Made by a program: the position numbers and the translations under genes. This document shows positions 9,321 through 17,957 of a stretch of 43,092 bases of DNA, one piece after another; the stretch's first letter is position 1, and every line of letters starts with the position of its first letter. Source of the DNA: Bacilli bacterium (GTDB taxonomy: Bacteria > Bacillota_I > Bacilli_A > RFN20 > CAG-826). The DNA is taken from NCBI GenBank assembly GCA_041669225.1, contig JBAYBO010000001.1, positions 1 through 43,092 of the forward strand, read 5' to 3'. Under the pieces are notes generated by a model. It did not search any database, was not told where the DNA came from, and saw only the letters and a program-made list of their open reading frames with translations.

Positions 9321-10151
9321 ATGTCTATTAGAATCAACAACTATTTTATCGGCGTCCGCTTTTATAGCTCATCAAAAGCTTATTATTTCGGCGCAGAAAA
9401 TAATGATATTAAATTCGGTGACCACGTCGTTGTCGAATCAGTCCGTGGTTTAGAAATCGCCAAGGTCGCCATCGAACCTCAAGATATCGCTAAATACAGT
9501 TCGAGTCTTGAATTGAAACCCATTGAACGAAAAGCAAATGAAACCGATATGTTTGTTTTTGAAGAAAACAAGAAACGGGCTAGTGAAGCACTAAAATACT
9601 GCGCTCAGGAAATACAAAATCTAAACCTTGATATGCATCCCCTCGATGCTGAATACACGCTGGATGGTACAAAAATTACGATTACTTACGTCGCCGAGGA
9701 ACGCGTTGATTTTCGTGAACTTCTCAAAATTTTGGCTGGGCGCCTTCGCTGCCGTATCGAATTAAGGCAAATTGGCTCACGGGATAAGGCGAAAATGGTT
9801 GGAGGCATCGGTATTTGCGGTTTACCTTTATGTTGCTCAACGTTCTTGCATTCCTTTGATGGTATATCAATTAGCCGCGCTAAAAACCAAATGTTGTCGT
9901 TAAACATTCCCAAAATTAGCGGTCACTGCGGTAAACTCATCTGCTGCCTACTTTATGAAGATGAACAATATACAGAATTAAAGAAAGATTTTCCCGCTGT
10001 CGGTGAGCGTTTCATGCTTGATGGTTTATCCTACCGAATCAGTTCATATAATGTTCTTTCAAGGATGGTGCGCGTTGAATCACCGGAAGATGTCAGATTT
10101 TTACCCCTTGAAGACATCAAGAAATATATGAGGAGCAAAGATAAAAAATGA
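9321..10151 (+). CDS. ricT: PSP1-domain protein RicT/YaaT (stage 0 sporulation protein-like, Fe-S cluster Cys motifs)
   Basis: PSP1 C-terminal domain with Cys clusters CGLPLCCSTFL and CGKLICCLLYE. An AAGGAGAA SD lies upstream. Conserved position after holB. Confidence 0.85.
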   Translation: MSIRINNYFIGVRFYSSSKAYYFGAENNDIKFGDHVVVESVRGLEIAKVAIEPQDIAKYSSSLELKPIERKANETDMFVFEENKKRASEALKYCAQEIQNLNLDMHPLDAEYTLDGTKITITYVAEERVDFRELLKILAGRLRCRIELRQIGSRDKAKMVGGIGICGLPLCCSTFLHSFDGISISRAKNQMLSLNIPKISGHCGKLICCLLYEDEQYTELKKDFPAVGERFMLDGLSYRISSYNVLSRMVRVESPEDVRFLPLEDIKKYMRSKDKK

Positions 10152-10996
10152 GAGAATTGAACTTTAAAGGAACCACTCCTATTCTCTACATCATCGCCAC
10201 TCCCATCGGAAATCTCAGTGAGATGACTCCGCGGGCTTTAGAAATAATTAAGGAAATGGATTATATCGCTTGTGAAGATACACGTGTATCAGGAAAGCTA
10301 TTAAACCATTTTGAGATACAAAAACCTTTGGTTTCTTGCCGCGAACACAATGAAATATCTGGGGCGATCCGAATTATTAATGACTTAAAAAACGGTCAGA
10401 AGGTAGCATATCTTTCTGACGCCGGTTACCCTTCGATATCCGATCCCGGAAACCGTTTAGTCAATGAGGCTTTAGCAAGCGGTATCAAGGTATCAGTTAT
10501 TTCTGGCGCCAACGCCCTCATAAATGCATTAGTCGGTTCTGGATTAAACACTGAGCGATTTTATTTTCATGGGTTTTTGTCCCCGAAAGAGAAAGTTCGC
10601 CAAGAAGAGCTACGTAGTTTATTCAAGCGCCGCGAAACGCTTATTTTTTATGAAGCTCCACACCGCGTTTTAAAAACACTTGCGGACATGGTTAAAATTT
10701 TTGGCAACCGCAAGGCTTGTTTAGCGCGCGAACTGACAAAAAAACACGAAGAATTCATTCGAATGAATTTGATTGATTTATCAATGTTAGATAAAGAGAC
10801 TTTAAAGGGAGAGATGGTTCTTGTCATTGAAGGTAATAACGAAGAACTCGCCCCGCACATCAATGATGACGAGGTCCACAAAATGATATCCAACCTCATC
10901 GATATCGGCGTGACACCAAAAGATGCCATTAAGCAAGTAAGCGACTTACTGAAGTTAGCAAAAAATCACGTCTACAAAATTTATCACCGCAACTAA
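10148..10996 (+). CDS. rsmI: 16S rRNA (cytidine1402-2'-O)-methyltransferase
   Basis: Tetrapyrrole-methylase-fold N-terminus TPIGNLSEMTPRALEI...ACEDTR. ATGA start/stop overlap with ricT. Confidence 0.9.
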   Translation: MRELNFKGTTPILYIIATPIGNLSEMTPRALEIIKEMDYIACEDTRVSGKLLNHFEIQKPLVSCREHNEISGAIRIINDLKNGQKVAYLSDAGYPSISDPGNRLVNEALASGIKVSVISGANALINALVGSGLNTERFYFHGFLSPKEKVRQEELRSLFKRRETLIFYEAPHRVLKTLADMVKIFGNRKACLARELTKKHEEFIRMNLIDLSMLDKETLKGEMVLVIEGNNEELAPHINDDEVHKMISNLIDIGVTPKDAIKQVSDLLKLAKNHVYKIYHRN

Positions 10997-11014
10997 CGCC
11001 CTAAGGGCGTTTTT
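10996..11014 (+). terminator. Rho-independent terminator of the dnaX...rsmI unit
   Basis: ACGCCC-TAA-GGGCGT hairpin (10996-11010) followed by TTTT. It overlaps the stop codons of both convergent genes (rsmI TAA 10994-10996; yfhO-like TAG 11001-11003). Confidence 0.7.
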
Positions 11015-14000
11015 CATTTTCTAAATTTTCGAGTTTGATTTTCTTTTTTAAATCAAGAAAGGCGCCCAATCCAATTGCGCCCCCAAAGATTACGAAGCCG
11101 CTAAAAGCAATAACCAAACCTTCATTAAAATAAGGAGTGACGTATTTCATCTCGTAAGAGGTCGCGCCAGCTTTGGATACAAATCCGACAAAACCACCTT
11201 GGGCGTTATATGTTTTTAACTGCTCCTTATCGCCGTTTACGCCTTTTGCAAATACTTTCCAGCCATCACCGTAAGTAACTTGCGTGACGATAAAACGCTC
11301 CATGGGGAAATCACTTTTAAACGAGAAGTAATTAATGTCATAAATAACATCAGTTAAAGGATACTCGTTCAAAACCGCGAGCTTATTCAGGATATGATCA
11401 TATGTTTCAACATAAATCTCGCTATAGTTATAAACAACTCCATTCCCGGCTGGGACAATAATAACCTTTTTGACTGGTTCACTCGCGTAAAAGCCACGGA
11501 AATACTTTTTATCAGCTTCGTTGTTATTATGATAATCAGTTGTAATTACGCGACTTGTTGTCGGATCAGGGTTGCCTTCTTCATCGATGCCATCACCAAT
11601 TAAATAAATTCTTCCCCGGTAATCGGTATTTGGCATTTTAAGTGGATATTTAATCATGAAGTAAGAGGGCTCGGTTGTCAGGTAGCTTCCGCTTGAAGGA
11701 GTTAAGACAAGCTGCGTTTTATCACCGACGACGCGGTCTGCCGCTTCTGAAAAGGGGAAAGTTTCGTAATCATCCAAATAACGATCCGGTTGGCGGGGTT
11801 GGAAAAAGAAATCGGTATCGTACAAGGTGCGATTAATGCTAAGTTTACTTGCTTCCAAAGTCGGTGCGTTTTTCGGCAAAAAATGCGGATGCTCGGATAT
11901 TATTTCTAAGACGTCTTCGTCTTCTAAAATAGCTCCTTTTAAGTAGGCTTCCTCATTGCGAATAACATCGAAAGAGTGGTTCCCACTCGTATGAAAGTCG
12001 TTAAAGATGCGATTACCGCAACTTCGTTTGTAATATAAAGTGTCGAAACTAAAACCGAGTTCGACATGATTATCATTTTGGTATAGACGATAACCATCAC
12101 CGTCATTTTCATCATCGATACGCGTATATCCAAGGGGGGCGTTCATATCAATGACATAACTTTTCTGAACATCATTTTCCGTATAATAAAAAGTTGTTTC
12201 CGTTTCTTTAAATAAATAATATTTAACACCGAGAAAAGCATCGAGATTGTAGCGCTTTTCCTGCGCGCCACCAATCCAAGAAGTGTCGTGTTTAAAAATA
12301 TGGGACATTCTAACAAAATCGATGACATCATAGTTATAAAGAGAGTGAAATGTTGAGGTACCATTAAAGTTTTCGACGTTGGGAAGGTTATCATTACTTA
12401 GATAAGCTCTTGTTGATTGAAGACGGAAAAAACCATCGTCGCTTTCATTAACTTCTTGAATGATTTTTGTTTCGGTAACATAGTTATTAAACCCTCCACT
12501 AAGACTTCGTTCGTAGGAAATAACGCCATGACCGACCATAACCATATTACCCATCACAACTGCTTCAAGAGCAAGAGTGACGGTTAGTATTTTCGTAAGC
12601 CGTTCTTTTTTCCAGTTAAAGAAAAGAATAAGCCCAGTAATCATGCAGACGACTATTTGGTAAAAGAAAATCCAATACTCGCCTTCGTAGGGTCGTATTT
12701 GTTCAGAAACAATTTTCGAAACAAGACTATAAGCAACTAACATTAAGGTCAATGTCGAAATAAACGACACTAAGGCGTAGCCGGCTGGTATTTCTTTTCG
12801 TTCATCGAAATTTAGAGCCACATAAACAAGTATCGATACAACGGCAATGATTTGCCAACGGCTGTAAGGAACGGTAAAAACGTGCATGGCGTGATAGAAG
12901 AAAGGTGTAAATAAAGCAAAAATGAAAAATCCAATCGGAATAAAATGCGAAAACTTTTTCTTGCGAATCGAATTAAAAACGGAAACGAAAAGCATCATAA
13001 TGCTTGGCGTAAAAATGAAAATACTTCCAGCGAAGTTTTCAAAAGAAGTCACGGGAATCAAATTAACATATCGCCCAGAGATTGTCGGAAATAAAAACGA
13101 AACCAGCGGATATAAGACGCGGTATTCGGCGATTTCACTCTTATTATTTTTGCCCCAGTAATTAAGAATTAAATATTTAAGTTCGTCCCAATCGCGATTA
13201 ATAAAGGCCTCACGAAGGTCAAGAAGATAAGTTGCATCTTCAGCTCGAGGCGCTTGCATGGCGTTGATATAATTGGGAATCAAAATCCAGGCCGCCACCA
13301 TTAAGGCCACGGCAAAAGCGCCGACACCCCAACCAAGAATAATCCAGTTTTCTTTGCGTGTGTGTTGTTTGCGAAGCTGAAAAAAGCGAAATAGAGCATA
13401 TGCCACACCATAAAAACATATTGTGATAAGCAGGAAATAATGAGTAATCGCTATCAAAAATAAGCCAACAATCAAGGTATATGGCTTTTCGCGGTGAAGG
13501 ACCTTTTCGATGCCTAATAAAACAAGCGGGAAAAAAGCAATAACTTCAAAAAAGTTATTAAACCATAAATAATAAGCAATCCAGCCACAGAAGGCATAGG
13601 CAATTGCAAATAGGCGAGCCGTTCCTTCTTTGACGTCAAAGTGTTTTAAATAGAGGCGAAAGAAAAGACCGCCGACAACCATTCTGGCAATCATCGTTAC
13701 AGCGAGAAGATGGGGAATGAAATAACGAGGAAATAAAAGCATCGGAAGCATAAATGGCGAGAAGAGACCATAATAAGTGTTTGAGGTAATATTATCTGCG
13801 CCCAAAAAGGTATTGTGATCCCACATGACAAATTTACCGGTTTTAAAAAATGTCCACCAATCATCATAAAAGTTATAATGAAAGGCGACATATTGCTGTG
13901 TGTAGTCGCCGCCTAAAGGAACGCTGAAGTACTGCGTTAAAAGCGAATAACCATAAAAGCCAAGCCCGATAGCAACAAGAAACAATGTATAATAAAAAAG

Positions 14001-14072
14001 CGAGCCCCGGTCTTTTAGATAAGGCATTTTATTTAAAATGAATTGTTTAAACTGATACCACTTGCGCGCCAT
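11001..14072 (-). CDS. YfhO-family polytopic membrane protein (putative GT-C glycosyltransferase)
   Basis: 1023 aa. The N-terminal half is multi-TM with YfhO-like motifs (PLGGDYTQQY, HNTFLGADN, YGLFSPF). A large extracytoplasmic domain and a C-terminal TM anchor follow. Confidence 0.75.
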   Translation of the reverse strand: MARKWYQFKQFILNKMPYLKDRGSLFYYTLFLVAIGLGFYGYSLLTQYFSVPLGGDYTQQYVAFHYNFYDDWWTFFKTGKFVMWDHNTFLGADNITSNTYYGLFSPFMLPMLLFPRYFIPHLLAVTMIARMVVGGLFFRLYLKHFDVKEGTARLFAIAYAFCGWIAYYLWFNNFFEVIAFFPLVLLGIEKVLHREKPYTLIVGLFLIAITHYFLLITICFYGVAYALFRFFQLRKQHTRKENWIILGWGVGAFAVALMVAAWILIPNYINAMQAPRAEDATYLLDLREAFINRDWDELKYLILNYWGKNNKSEIAEYRVLYPLVSFLFPTISGRYVNLIPVTSFENFAGSIFIFTPSIMMLFVSVFNSIRKKKFSHFIPIGFFIFALFTPFFYHAMHVFTVPYSRWQIIAVVSILVYVALNFDERKEIPAGYALVSFISTLTLMLVAYSLVSKIVSEQIRPYEGEYWIFFYQIVVCMITGLILFFNWKKERLTKILTVTLALEAVVMGNMVMVGHGVISYERSLSGGFNNYVTETKIIQEVNESDDGFFRLQSTRAYLSNDNLPNVENFNGTSTFHSLYNYDVIDFVRMSHIFKHDTSWIGGAQEKRYNLDAFLGVKYYLFKETETTFYYTENDVQKSYVIDMNAPLGYTRIDDENDGDGYRLYQNDNHVELGFSFDTLYYKRSCGNRIFNDFHTSGNHSFDVIRNEEAYLKGAILEDEDVLEIISEHPHFLPKNAPTLEASKLSINRTLYDTDFFFQPRQPDRYLDDYETFPFSEAADRVVGDKTQLVLTPSSGSYLTTEPSYFMIKYPLKMPNTDYRGRIYLIGDGIDEEGNPDPTTSRVITTDYHNNNEADKKYFRGFYASEPVKKVIIVPAGNGVVYNYSEIYVETYDHILNKLAVLNEYPLTDVIYDINYFSFKSDFPMERFIVTQVTYGDGWKVFAKGVNGDKEQLKTYNAQGGFVGFVSKAGATSYEMKYVTPYFNEGLVIAFSGFVIFGGAIGLGAFLDLKKKIKLENLENEKRP

Positions 14073-14078
14073 AAAATT

Positions 14079-14087
14079 ATTCTAACA
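14079..14087 (-). promoter_or_regulatory. Extended -10 element (TGtTAGAAT) 6 nt upstream of the yfhO-like ATG; possible leaderless transcript
   Basis: The minus strand reads TGTTAGAAT-AATTTT-ATG, with no SD between element and start. Confidence 0.3.
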
Positions 14088-14128
14088 CAATAACATATGT
14101 TAACATAAATAAGTAAAGGAGATTAAAT

Positions 14129-14644
14129 ATGAAGATTTTGGAAGCGATAGAAAAACGACAATCAATTCGCGAGTTCACCGAAGAATTAGTGAATGAAGAA
14201 CATCAAAAAATTATTTTAGATGCAGCATATAATGCTCCAATTGGCCGAGCTGCTTATCACCGCTACGAATTAGTCATTATTAATCAAAAAGAAAAAATCG
14301 AGATTCTTGCCAATCTAATAATCGATGCCGCCAGCTTGTTGAAGCATCCGTTTTTCCATGCGCCACTTGTTATTTTCGTCACTGGAAAAAGCAATCGCGA
14401 ACGTCTTGATGGCTGTGACACCGGTTGTTTGATTGAAAACATGATGCTGGCTGCCACCAGTTTGGGGTTAGGTTCATGTTTTCTTTACACCATCTCCGAA
14501 ATCATGAATGGCCAGCCTAAACTTCTTGATACTTTAAAACTTAGCGATGAATACCGCGTCATGTCGGCAGTCGTCATCGGCCACCCTAAACAAAAAGACC
14601 TGACCAATAAGGTCAGGCCCGGAATAAAAACTAGAATTCTTTAA
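14129..14644 (+). CDS. Nitroreductase family protein
   Basis: 171 aa. N-terminus RQSIREFT and overall nitroreductase-fold pattern. An AAGGAGA SD lies upstream. Confidence 0.75.
   Translation: MKILEAIEKRQSIREFTEELVNEEHQKIILDAAYNAPIGRAAYHRYELVIINQKEKIEILANLIIDAASLLKHPFFHAPLVIFVTGKSNRERLDGCDTGCLIENMMLAATSLGLGSCFLYTISEIMNGQPKLLDTLKLSDEYRVMSAVVIGHPKQKDLTNKVRPGIKTRIL
14586..14617 (-). terminator. Candidate Rho-independent terminator of the DUF1538/PII operon, embedded in the 3' end of the convergent nitroreductase CDS
   Basis: On the minus strand, a CCTGACC-TTATT-GGTCAGG hairpin (14599-14617) is followed by TCTTTTTGTTT (14586-14598). It begins 34 nt downstream of the PII stop codon. Confidence 0.5.
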
Positions 14645-14650
14645 TTAATT

Positions 14651-14953
14651 TCAAAGACCGACAGTATGACTGACAGGCATCGAAAAAGCGATGCCTTTTC
14701 CATTTGTTTCAAGACCCGCAGCTTTATTAATGGCCTTTAAAACCGCTTCTTTAATTTCCTCTTCGACGAGGATGATCACGATTTCTTTTTCTGGGGAAAT
14801 GGAGAAACCAAAAAACTTTTCCATATCGGGATTCCCGGTTCCGCGACCGTGGAAAATCGTTCCACCTCGCGCCCCTTCTTTTCGGGCGGCATCCATCACT
14901 AAATCAGTGAAACCATTATTGACAATACAAATGATTACTTCGTGTTTTCCCAT
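14651..14953 (-). CDS. PII-like signal-transduction protein (short T-loop)
   Basis: 100 aa with a beta-alpha-beta PII-type core. A GRGTG segment replaces the long T-loop, and the C-terminal GKGIAFSMPV is equivalent to the GlnB GDGKIFV region. A GGAGA SD lies upstream, and the gene starts 2 nt after the upstream stop. Confidence 0.75.
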   Translation of the reverse strand: MGKHEVIICIVNNGFTDLVMDAARKEGARGGTIFHGRGTGNPDMEKFFGFSISPEKEIVIILVEEEIKEAVLKAINKAAGLETNGKGIAFSMPVSHTVGL

Positions 14954-14955
14954 AA

Positions 14956-15378
14956 TTAATCTCCTATCGTTCTTGTGTTAGACAAATATTTGTAAATTGA
15001 TAAACCTATAACCGAGGATATTTCGATTGAAAAAGCTATTCCTTTGCTTTCTTTTTTAAAGAAAACAGCAATATCCTTTTTTAATGCTTCTATTTTATCG
15101 GCTTTTACTATAGAAAAAACGATATCTTTCCGCACATCGCTAAGACCGAGCAAGTCATAAATTTCTCTTGTGCCCGTCCCTCTTCCACGAGTGATGATGC
15201 CAAGCCCGCTTTCATGTGCTTTCAAAATTCTCAAAACCTCTCTAGCGTGATTTTGATTAACAATCGTGATAAAAAATTTAAGTCGCGAAACTGAATTCGT
15301 CTTATCGTAAGGTTTGAACTTTGCCGGCGGATTAGATGCTGGTAAGGTCGTAATGTTTTCTATTTTTCTCTTGCTCAT
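14956..15378 (-). CDS. PII-like signal-transduction protein with ~35-aa N-terminal extension
   Basis: 140 aa and a paralogue of 14651..14953 (GRGTGT, SKGIAFSIEISSV). Its ATG overlaps the upstream TGA (ATGA at 15375-15378). Confidence 0.7.
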   Translation of the reverse strand: MSKRKIENITTLPASNPPAKFKPYDKTNSVSRLKFFITIVNQNHAREVLRILKAHESGLGIITRGRGTGTREIYDLLGLSDVRKDIVFSIVKADKIEALKKDIAVFFKKESKGIAFSIEISSVIGLSIYKYLSNTRTIGD

Positions 15379-16922
15379 TGCTCACCCTCAATTAAGTGAA
15401 TAATTTGATCGTCGTTTTCTTCAAAGAAACGAACTCTCGCCAATTTGATACGTCTTTGTTCTTTTATGGTCACATAAAGACCTAGTGCTTGAATCGTAAT
15501 AATAGGCATCATTGTTACTAAAGCGTTAACTCCGAAGGCATAAGTCATTATATCTTGTCCCGAGCTTTGATAAAAGGTGATGGCTGCTCCAATCGCAAAA
15601 GGCAAAACAAATGAGGAGTTCATCGGTCCGCTTGTAATGCGACCGGCATCAAAGGCCATCGCCGAATAAAATTTTGGGACAAAAAAGGCCAAAACTAAAG
15701 CAACAAAATATCCGCCAATAACAAACCAAAGAATGGGTATGCCTAACACAAGCCGCATCATCGCAAACGACATCGCAAGACCGGCACCAATCGCAATCGC
15801 AATCAAGACGGCAACTTTGCGAATCGCACCTTCAGTAATATTTTCTATTTGCGAGACTAAAACATGAATTGCTGGTTCAAGAAGAACGGCAGCCATTCCA
15901 ATAATCGCACCAAAAAGAATAACTAATCCTGATCCTCCAATAGCCATTTTACTTCCAATAATCCGACTAATTGGCAAAAAACCTAAATTTACTGCTGACA
16001 GAAAAATCACAAGGCCTAAATACGTATAAACAAGACCGGAAATTATTCTAATCAACACTTTAAGAGGTAGGTGTATAGCTATTGCTTGATAAATGAAAAA
16101 GAATGCAGTAATCGGCAAAATCGCGATTGCAACATTTAATACACTTGTCACCAAAATCCCGCCAAAAGACTGTGCGGCTTCCACTTCGTAAATAAAGGGA
16201 ATATCATCTATGAAAAAGGACATGATTAACACAACGAGGACTGGACCCAACGATGTAAGGGCGATTAAGCCAAAAGAATCCTCGTCAGTCTTTTTGCCAG
16301 AACGCGTCGTGGCAATACCAATGCCAAGGGCAAGAATGAACGGAACGGTAATCGTTCCTGCCGATGCTCCGCCAATATCAAAGGATAGAGGTATAAATGA
16401 AGGATTAACATAGTTAATACCAAGAGCTAAAGCAAATAAAAGACCATATAGCATGATGAGCCATATGATCAAGTTTTTTTGAAAGAGAATGCGCAATATT
16501 CCAACGACCATAAAGACACCAAAACCAACACCAATCAAAATAATAATGAGCCATTCATTGCTAATAAACGGCAACCATTGATTGCCAAGAGGAACTTGAC
16601 CAACCAGAACTCTTAAATCTGGCTCGGCAATAACGATGAAGGCACCAAGCAAAAAGAAAAGAAAAACCATTAATCCGATTTTTCTTTGACTAGTAATAGA
16701 GGCACCAATATATTCTCCGATTGGTGACATGGCCATATCCGTGCCAATCGTAAAAAATCCCATTCCTAAGGCGACCATGACGGCCGAGACAGAAAAAATA
16801 ATGACATCTTTATTGTTATCAATTCGAGCTAGACCACTAAAATGAATAATCAAAACGATCACGACCATCGGAAGCGTCGAGACAAAAGCCGATTTGAATT
16901 TGTGAAGCCAACTAAAAGACAT
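15375..16922 (-). CDS. Polytopic membrane protein with internal duplication (DUF1538-like putative transporter)
   Basis: 515 aa and highly hydrophobic. The two halves are homologous (AEPDLRVLVGQV vs LEPAIHVLVSQI; FDIGGASAGTITVPFILALGIGIA vs FDAGRITSGPMNSSFVLPFAIGAA). The family name is from memory and needs HMM confirmation. Confidence 0.7.
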   Translation of the reverse strand: MSFSWLHKFKSAFVSTLPMVVIVLIIHFSGLARIDNNKDVIIFSVSAVMVALGMGFFTIGTDMAMSPIGEYIGASITSQRKIGLMVFLFFLLGAFIVIAEPDLRVLVGQVPLGNQWLPFISNEWLIIILIGVGFGVFMVVGILRILFQKNLIIWLIMLYGLLFALALGINYVNPSFIPLSFDIGGASAGTITVPFILALGIGIATTRSGKKTDEDSFGLIALTSLGPVLVVLIMSFFIDDIPFIYEVEAAQSFGGILVTSVLNVAIAILPITAFFFIYQAIAIHLPLKVLIRIISGLVYTYLGLVIFLSAVNLGFLPISRIIGSKMAIGGSGLVILFGAIIGMAAVLLEPAIHVLVSQIENITEGAIRKVAVLIAIAIGAGLAMSFAMMRLVLGIPILWFVIGGYFVALVLAFFVPKFYSAMAFDAGRITSGPMNSSFVLPFAIGAAITFYQSSGQDIMTYAFGVNALVTMMPIITIQALGLYVTIKEQRRIKLARVRFFEENDDQIIHLIEGEQ

Positions 16923-16950
16923 AAATATAATTTACATTCCTTAACAATTA

Positions 16951-16980
16951 ATCTTAACATGATAATCAAATGTAGGTCAA
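16951..16980 (-). promoter_or_regulatory. Candidate promoter of the DUF1538/PII operon
   Basis: On the minus strand, TTGACC (16980-16975), an 18-nt spacer, then TGtTAAGAT extended -10 (16959-16951). AAGGAA lies 14 nt before ATG 16922. Confidence 0.4.
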
Positions 16981-17021
16981 ACGATATCAAGGAGGGTTAT
17001 TAGAAGAACTGCAAAAGCCGA

Positions 17022-17957
17022 TTATTTTTTCTTTTTTACAAAAAACAAATTTTTAAATTCATTCGGCATCATCGAAATAAATTTGTATTCTTTTTTCCTG
17101 ATCGGATGAATAAAAGTTAGTTCATAAGCATGAAGTCCAAGCCGTCTTAAAGGATCAGTGGGTTCACCATATTTATCATCGCCAACAACATAATGACCGA
17201 TATGTCCAAGTTGAACGCGAATTTGATTTTTCCGTCCTGAGGAAATATGAACATCAAGAAGTGAATAATCTTTATTTTGAGAGACGACCTCATAGCGAGT
17301 AATGCATTCTTTTCCAGCCTTTTTGTTAGGCGTAACATACATAAGATTGAGATTATTTTCGGCCAAAAAATGATGAAGGGTATCTTCTTTTTTTTCCATA
17401 ACGCCTTCTACAACGGCGTAATATCCGCGCGATGTGACAATGCTCGACCAATTCTTTTGCATAAGATCGCGAATGATGCTGTTTTTGGCCACCATCATAA
17501 CTCCAGAAGTGTCTTCATCAAGTCGGTGCACGACATAGATGCGATTATGCTTATCTTTTTGCTGAACATAGTCCATCAACATGCGATAGGCGGTCCGTCC
17601 TTTGATTTTGTCGCTGGCGACGCTTAAAAGTCCTGAAGGTTTATCAATAACAATAAATTCTTCGTCTTCATAAATAATTGGCAAGTTTTCTCTTTTTTTC
17701 GCACTGATGCGATTTTTAGAAACAATAACCGTATCTTCTTCGGCCAGCATAAAATTAAACTGGCTAATCGGCGCGCCATCAACGGCGATTTGGTGGTTAG
17801 CTAAAAGTCTTTTTACGTTGTTCCTAGAAAGAGAAGGAAGTTTTTCTAAAAGAAAGGGCAGGAGCTCACATGACTCTTTAACTAAAAACTCTTTGATGTT
17901 TTTAGGATCTACTTCTCTTCTTCTTGCCACTGGCTGACTTTTGTCATTTTTGTTCAT
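17022..17957 (-). CDS. RluA-family 23S rRNA pseudouridine synthase with N-terminal S4 domain (RluD-like)
   Basis: S4-like segment (LLANHQIAVDG), catalytic HRLDEDTSGVMMVAK and the C-terminal motif GRKNQIRVQL. Confidence 0.85.
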   Translation of the reverse strand: MNKNDKSQPVARRREVDPKNIKEFLVKESCELLPFLLEKLPSLSRNNVKRLLANHQIAVDGAPISQFNFMLAEEDTVIVSKNRISAKKRENLPIIYEDEEFIVIDKPSGLLSVASDKIKGRTAYRMLMDYVQQKDKHNRIYVVHRLDEDTSGVMMVAKNSIIRDLMQKNWSSIVTSRGYYAVVEGVMEKKEDTLHHFLAENNLNLMYVTPNKKAGKECITRYEVVSQNKDYSLLDVHISSGRKNQIRVQLGHIGHYVVGDDKYGEPTDPLRRLGLHAYELTFIHPIRKKEYKFISMMPNEFKNLFFVKKKK

